DNA of 64,000 nucleotides from the NCBI GenBank assembly GCA_951406725.2, contig OX597841.1:13888001-13952000 (forward strand). The letters are read 5' to 3'. The notes under the pieces were generated by a model. It saw only the letters and a list, made by a program, of their open reading frames with translations, was not told where the DNA came from and searched no databases. This document shows positions 35,310 through 64,000 of this stretch, piece after piece. A program made the translations under genes and the position numbers. Source of the DNA: Octopus vulgaris (Eukaryota). Within the stretch, counting starts at the first letter, position 1; each line of letters begins with the position of its first letter.

Positions 35310-36488
35310 TAGAAAATAAAATAATCTTATGAAATGTTGTTTTTATTCTTTTCCTTGCTTCAGTCATTTGACTGTAGTCATACTGGAGCACCGCCTTAAA
35401 AGCCTAGTACTTATTCTATCAGTCTCTTTTGCCACACCTCTAAGTTATGGGAATGTAAGCACACCAACATCGGCTGTCAAGCGATGGTGGGTGGAGTAAC
35501 ACAGACACAAAGACACACACACACATACACATAAATGCATATACACGCATGAGTCGTCTAAGAGACCCTAAATCAGGGAAAAGATGTACTCATGCATCTG
35601 TCAATAAAGTGGACATATTATCCCAATTGTATAGTATTAAATACGCATCATGGCTGATCTAACGAATTGGTTTTGTGCAAGGAGTGTTAGGTAACAATCC
35701 GGTTATATAACCTTACGCTCATCAGAGTTAGCTTATAAGGAAGAGAATAGGGCGACTGCTCTCTATTGTCAGTAGATTAACCTAACTGGTCAGCGGCTGC
35801 TTTGAAAAAGGGTGGTGAAATGAAAAAGGGCCAAAATCCTAACCTAACCCCCTGGTAGCTGTCTGTTTTTGTGCCCCCTTCATCATTTGACAACCAATGT
35901 TGGTTTGTTTGCATCCCTGTAACCTAGCGGTTCGGCAAAGAGATCGATAAATTAAGTACTAGGCTTACAAAGAATAAGTCCTGGGGTTGATTTGTTTGAC
36001 TAAAGTTGGTGCTCCAGCATGGCCACAGCCAACTGATTGAATAGTGTATAGTTGTTCATAAATCAGGGGGTAAGAAGAAAAAAAACAATCTAAAAGAGAA
36101 TTCGAGCAACAGCAGTAATGGGTTTTGCATCTCTTCTCAGACTGAGCTTAGGATATGGGGAAAGAAATGGTGAGATTTCTATCGGTTCTATGCCAGAACC
36201 AGAAATATACTAGTGTGTGTGTGCGTGAGTTTGAGAATGTGTTTGTGAGCGTGTGTGTGAGTGTGAATGTGTGTTTTTGAGCATGTGTGTGTAAGTGCAT
36301 GTGAATGTGTGTTTGCGTGTGTGAGAGTGAGTGTGAGCGTGTGTGTGTGTGTGTGTGTGAGTTTGAGAATGTGTTTGTGAGCATGTGTGTGAGTGTGTGT
36401 CAATGTGTGTGTGTGAGAAAGTGTGAGCATGTGCGTGTGTGAGAATGTGTGTGTGTGTGAGTGGGAGAATGTGTTTGTGTGTGTGAAT

Positions 36489-36519
<31 letters not shown>

Positions 36520-37354
36520 AGCATGCGTGTGAGTGCTTGCGTGCGTGCATGCATGCATGCGCGTGCGTGTGTGTGTGTGTGTGTGTGTGTACAAAACTTA
36601 TCCCCAAACTTAAAGAACGGTGTTTTTATCTTCGCCTTTGGCGACATTTCACACTTCTACTCTTATTTATATCATTCAATATCCCCGTGTTTTATTTTCT
36701 TCATGTCAAAGTCAAAGTTTTATATCACGTATACTATATATAAATATACATATATATATTATACGTCGGTCATTTCGGCCTGACAGAGCTATATTAATTT
36801 CTTGACCACAGAGAACGTAATTATGGCCATTGTGTAATTCTATCCCATAGTTTTTTCCTTATCGTGGTCAGAAATGATGATTCGCTCAACGGCTCAACAT
36901 CTCTTACATCATAGTCTTAACACGAAGTCGATTTATTAGTCCGAGACGAACTAATTTTTCAGTCTTTCTGGGCCACCGTATTAGTAAATTACTATAAGTA
37001 ACACATAATTGTTAGACTGCACACATTTTAAAGCTTTTGCTAAATAATTAATTAATTGATTAATTAATTAAATAAAATAATACATATATTATTTCATTTA
37101 AAGTAATTTAAATATCAGTTTAGATTTCATACAATCCGATTCAATCCCATCAGGTCAGATCGAAAACCGGGCTGAAACGAAACAGGTTATTTTGTCCGTT
37201 CTGTGCTACCATACTAGTGAGTGGCAAGCCAGTATAAATACGACGTGATTTCAGTGTTGTGTTCCTGTGCTTGCTCACGTCTACCTTGGAGTAAAGGTCA
37301 ACAGAAGCAGGACAGCTTTGAAGGTTTGGATTTTCGGGTTTTGGGGGAAGAATC

Positions 37355-62689
<25,335 letters not shown>

Positions 62690-62774
62690 GTAAGTGACCT
62701 CTGTCCTCCTTTGACCTTTTTAATGCTCAGTGATGTCTACTTTTTTTTTGTTTTTGGTTTGTACCTTTAGATAT

Positions 62775-63215
62775 AGGTTGTGATTTGAGAGGATTTGGCT
62801 GCTATTTCTACCAGAACTAGCTACCATGTAGAGGTCTTCCTCATTGTCTCATACATTCATATATACATATATAGGACAGTGTGTGATTTGAGGGAGGTTT
62901 GGCTGCTATTTCTACCAGCTCTAGCTACCATGTAGAGGTCTTCCCCATTGGCTCATACATAGATAAGACAGTAGTGTGATTTGGGGGAGATTTGGCTGCT
63001 ATTTCTACCAGGTCTGGCTACCATGTAGAGGTCTCCCCCATTGGCTCATACATAGATAAGACAGTAGTGTAATTTGGGGGAGATTTGGCTGCTATTTCTA
63101 CCAGCTCTAGCTACCATGTAGAGGTCTCCCACATTGGCTCATACATAGATAAGACAGTAGTGTGATTTGGGGCAGATTTGGCTGCTATTTCTACCAGGTC
63201 TGGCTACCAAGTAGA
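62775..63215 (-). repeat. About five inverted, shortened (~92-bp) copies of the 107-bp satellite unit
   Basis: gatttggctgctatttctaccaggtctggctaccatgtagaggtctccc is the reverse complement of the intron-1 unit. Confidence 0.9.
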
Positions 63216-64000
63216 AGTTTATATCGGTTGTGTTAACTTACTAAATCGCAATGTCTCTCACAACTTCTCACCTTTTCCTCTCTTCCTCTCTCGTTCTGTC
63301 CATCTGTCTTACTGTTTGTGTGTGTAATCATATTTCTATATATGTGTCTGAGGAGAGGTAAAGTGTCTGTCAGTTGTATTCAATTGTAGTCTCTCTCTTT
63401 CTGTCTGTTTATGTATGAGTATCTAGTTACCTTTGTAAGTATATCTCTCTCTCTCTCGGGCCCTCTCTCTTTCTCTCTGTTTATGTTTGTGAGCATATTT
63501 TGATTTATGTGTCTGAGGAGAGAAAAGTGTTTAATCCCACAGCAGAAGTGTTCAGACCAATCTTTCTGGTTGTGTAAAGCACCCATGGTGGTGCCACGTA
63601 AAAGCACCCATGCAGTGTCACGTAAAAAAGTGTCCATGTGGTGCCACCTAAAAGCATCCAGTACACTCTGTAAAGTGGTTGGCGTTAGGAAGGGCATCCA
63701 GTCTCATTCCGACAAATGTTTCTCTGTATGTGTGTTTGCGTTTAGCGCCAAAAATATCTGTTTTCAAAACAGATTCAGTCTCCATTCAGCCGTGCCAATT
63801 GTCGGCGTCGAAACAGCTGCGCCCAATTTTCTCATTCCAACAAATGATTCTGTGTGTGTTTAGTGCCAAAACAGTTTTTAAAATGGATTCAATCTCCACT
63901 CAGCCGTGCCAAATTGTCAGCGTCGAAACAGCTGCGCCCAGTTGTCTCATTCCGTTAAATAATCTCCCTCACTTCGCACTCTCCCTCCCTCCCCAATATT

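Noticed and set aside
36797-36950. Imperfect hairpin and ATGATGA box upstream of PRKAA (miRNA or C/D snoRNA candidate)
   Set aside because: Stem too interrupted and no properly placed CTGA D box or terminal stem.

Overview
Eukaryotic, repeat-dense genomic DNA, most likely from an octopus (inferred from the tRNA-derived SINE families and microsatellite load, not proven). Three intron-containing genes were reconstructed by hand from GT-AG sites, consistent exon phases and remembered protein homology: (1) TANGO2-like on + (7 coding exons, 9983-18706, 276 aa); (2) ARMC7-like on - (7 coding exons, 32096-22249, 190 aa); (3) AMPK catalytic alpha subunit (PRKAA) on + (14 exons visible, 37355-62689, running off the window). 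The rest is SINEs (about five families), LINE fragments, non-autonomous Helitrons, MITEs, satellites and microsatellites; almost all long ORFs in the supplied track are low-complexity artefacts. The most striking observation is a ~500-bp inverted duplicate (9380-9881) of TANGO2 coding exon 4 with both splice sites, placed just upstream of the first coding exon, which could pair with the real exon in the pre-mRNA. Also notable: several hammerhead-ribozyme-like motifs, long near-perfect palindromes, and a SINE flanked by a 192-bp direct repeat.
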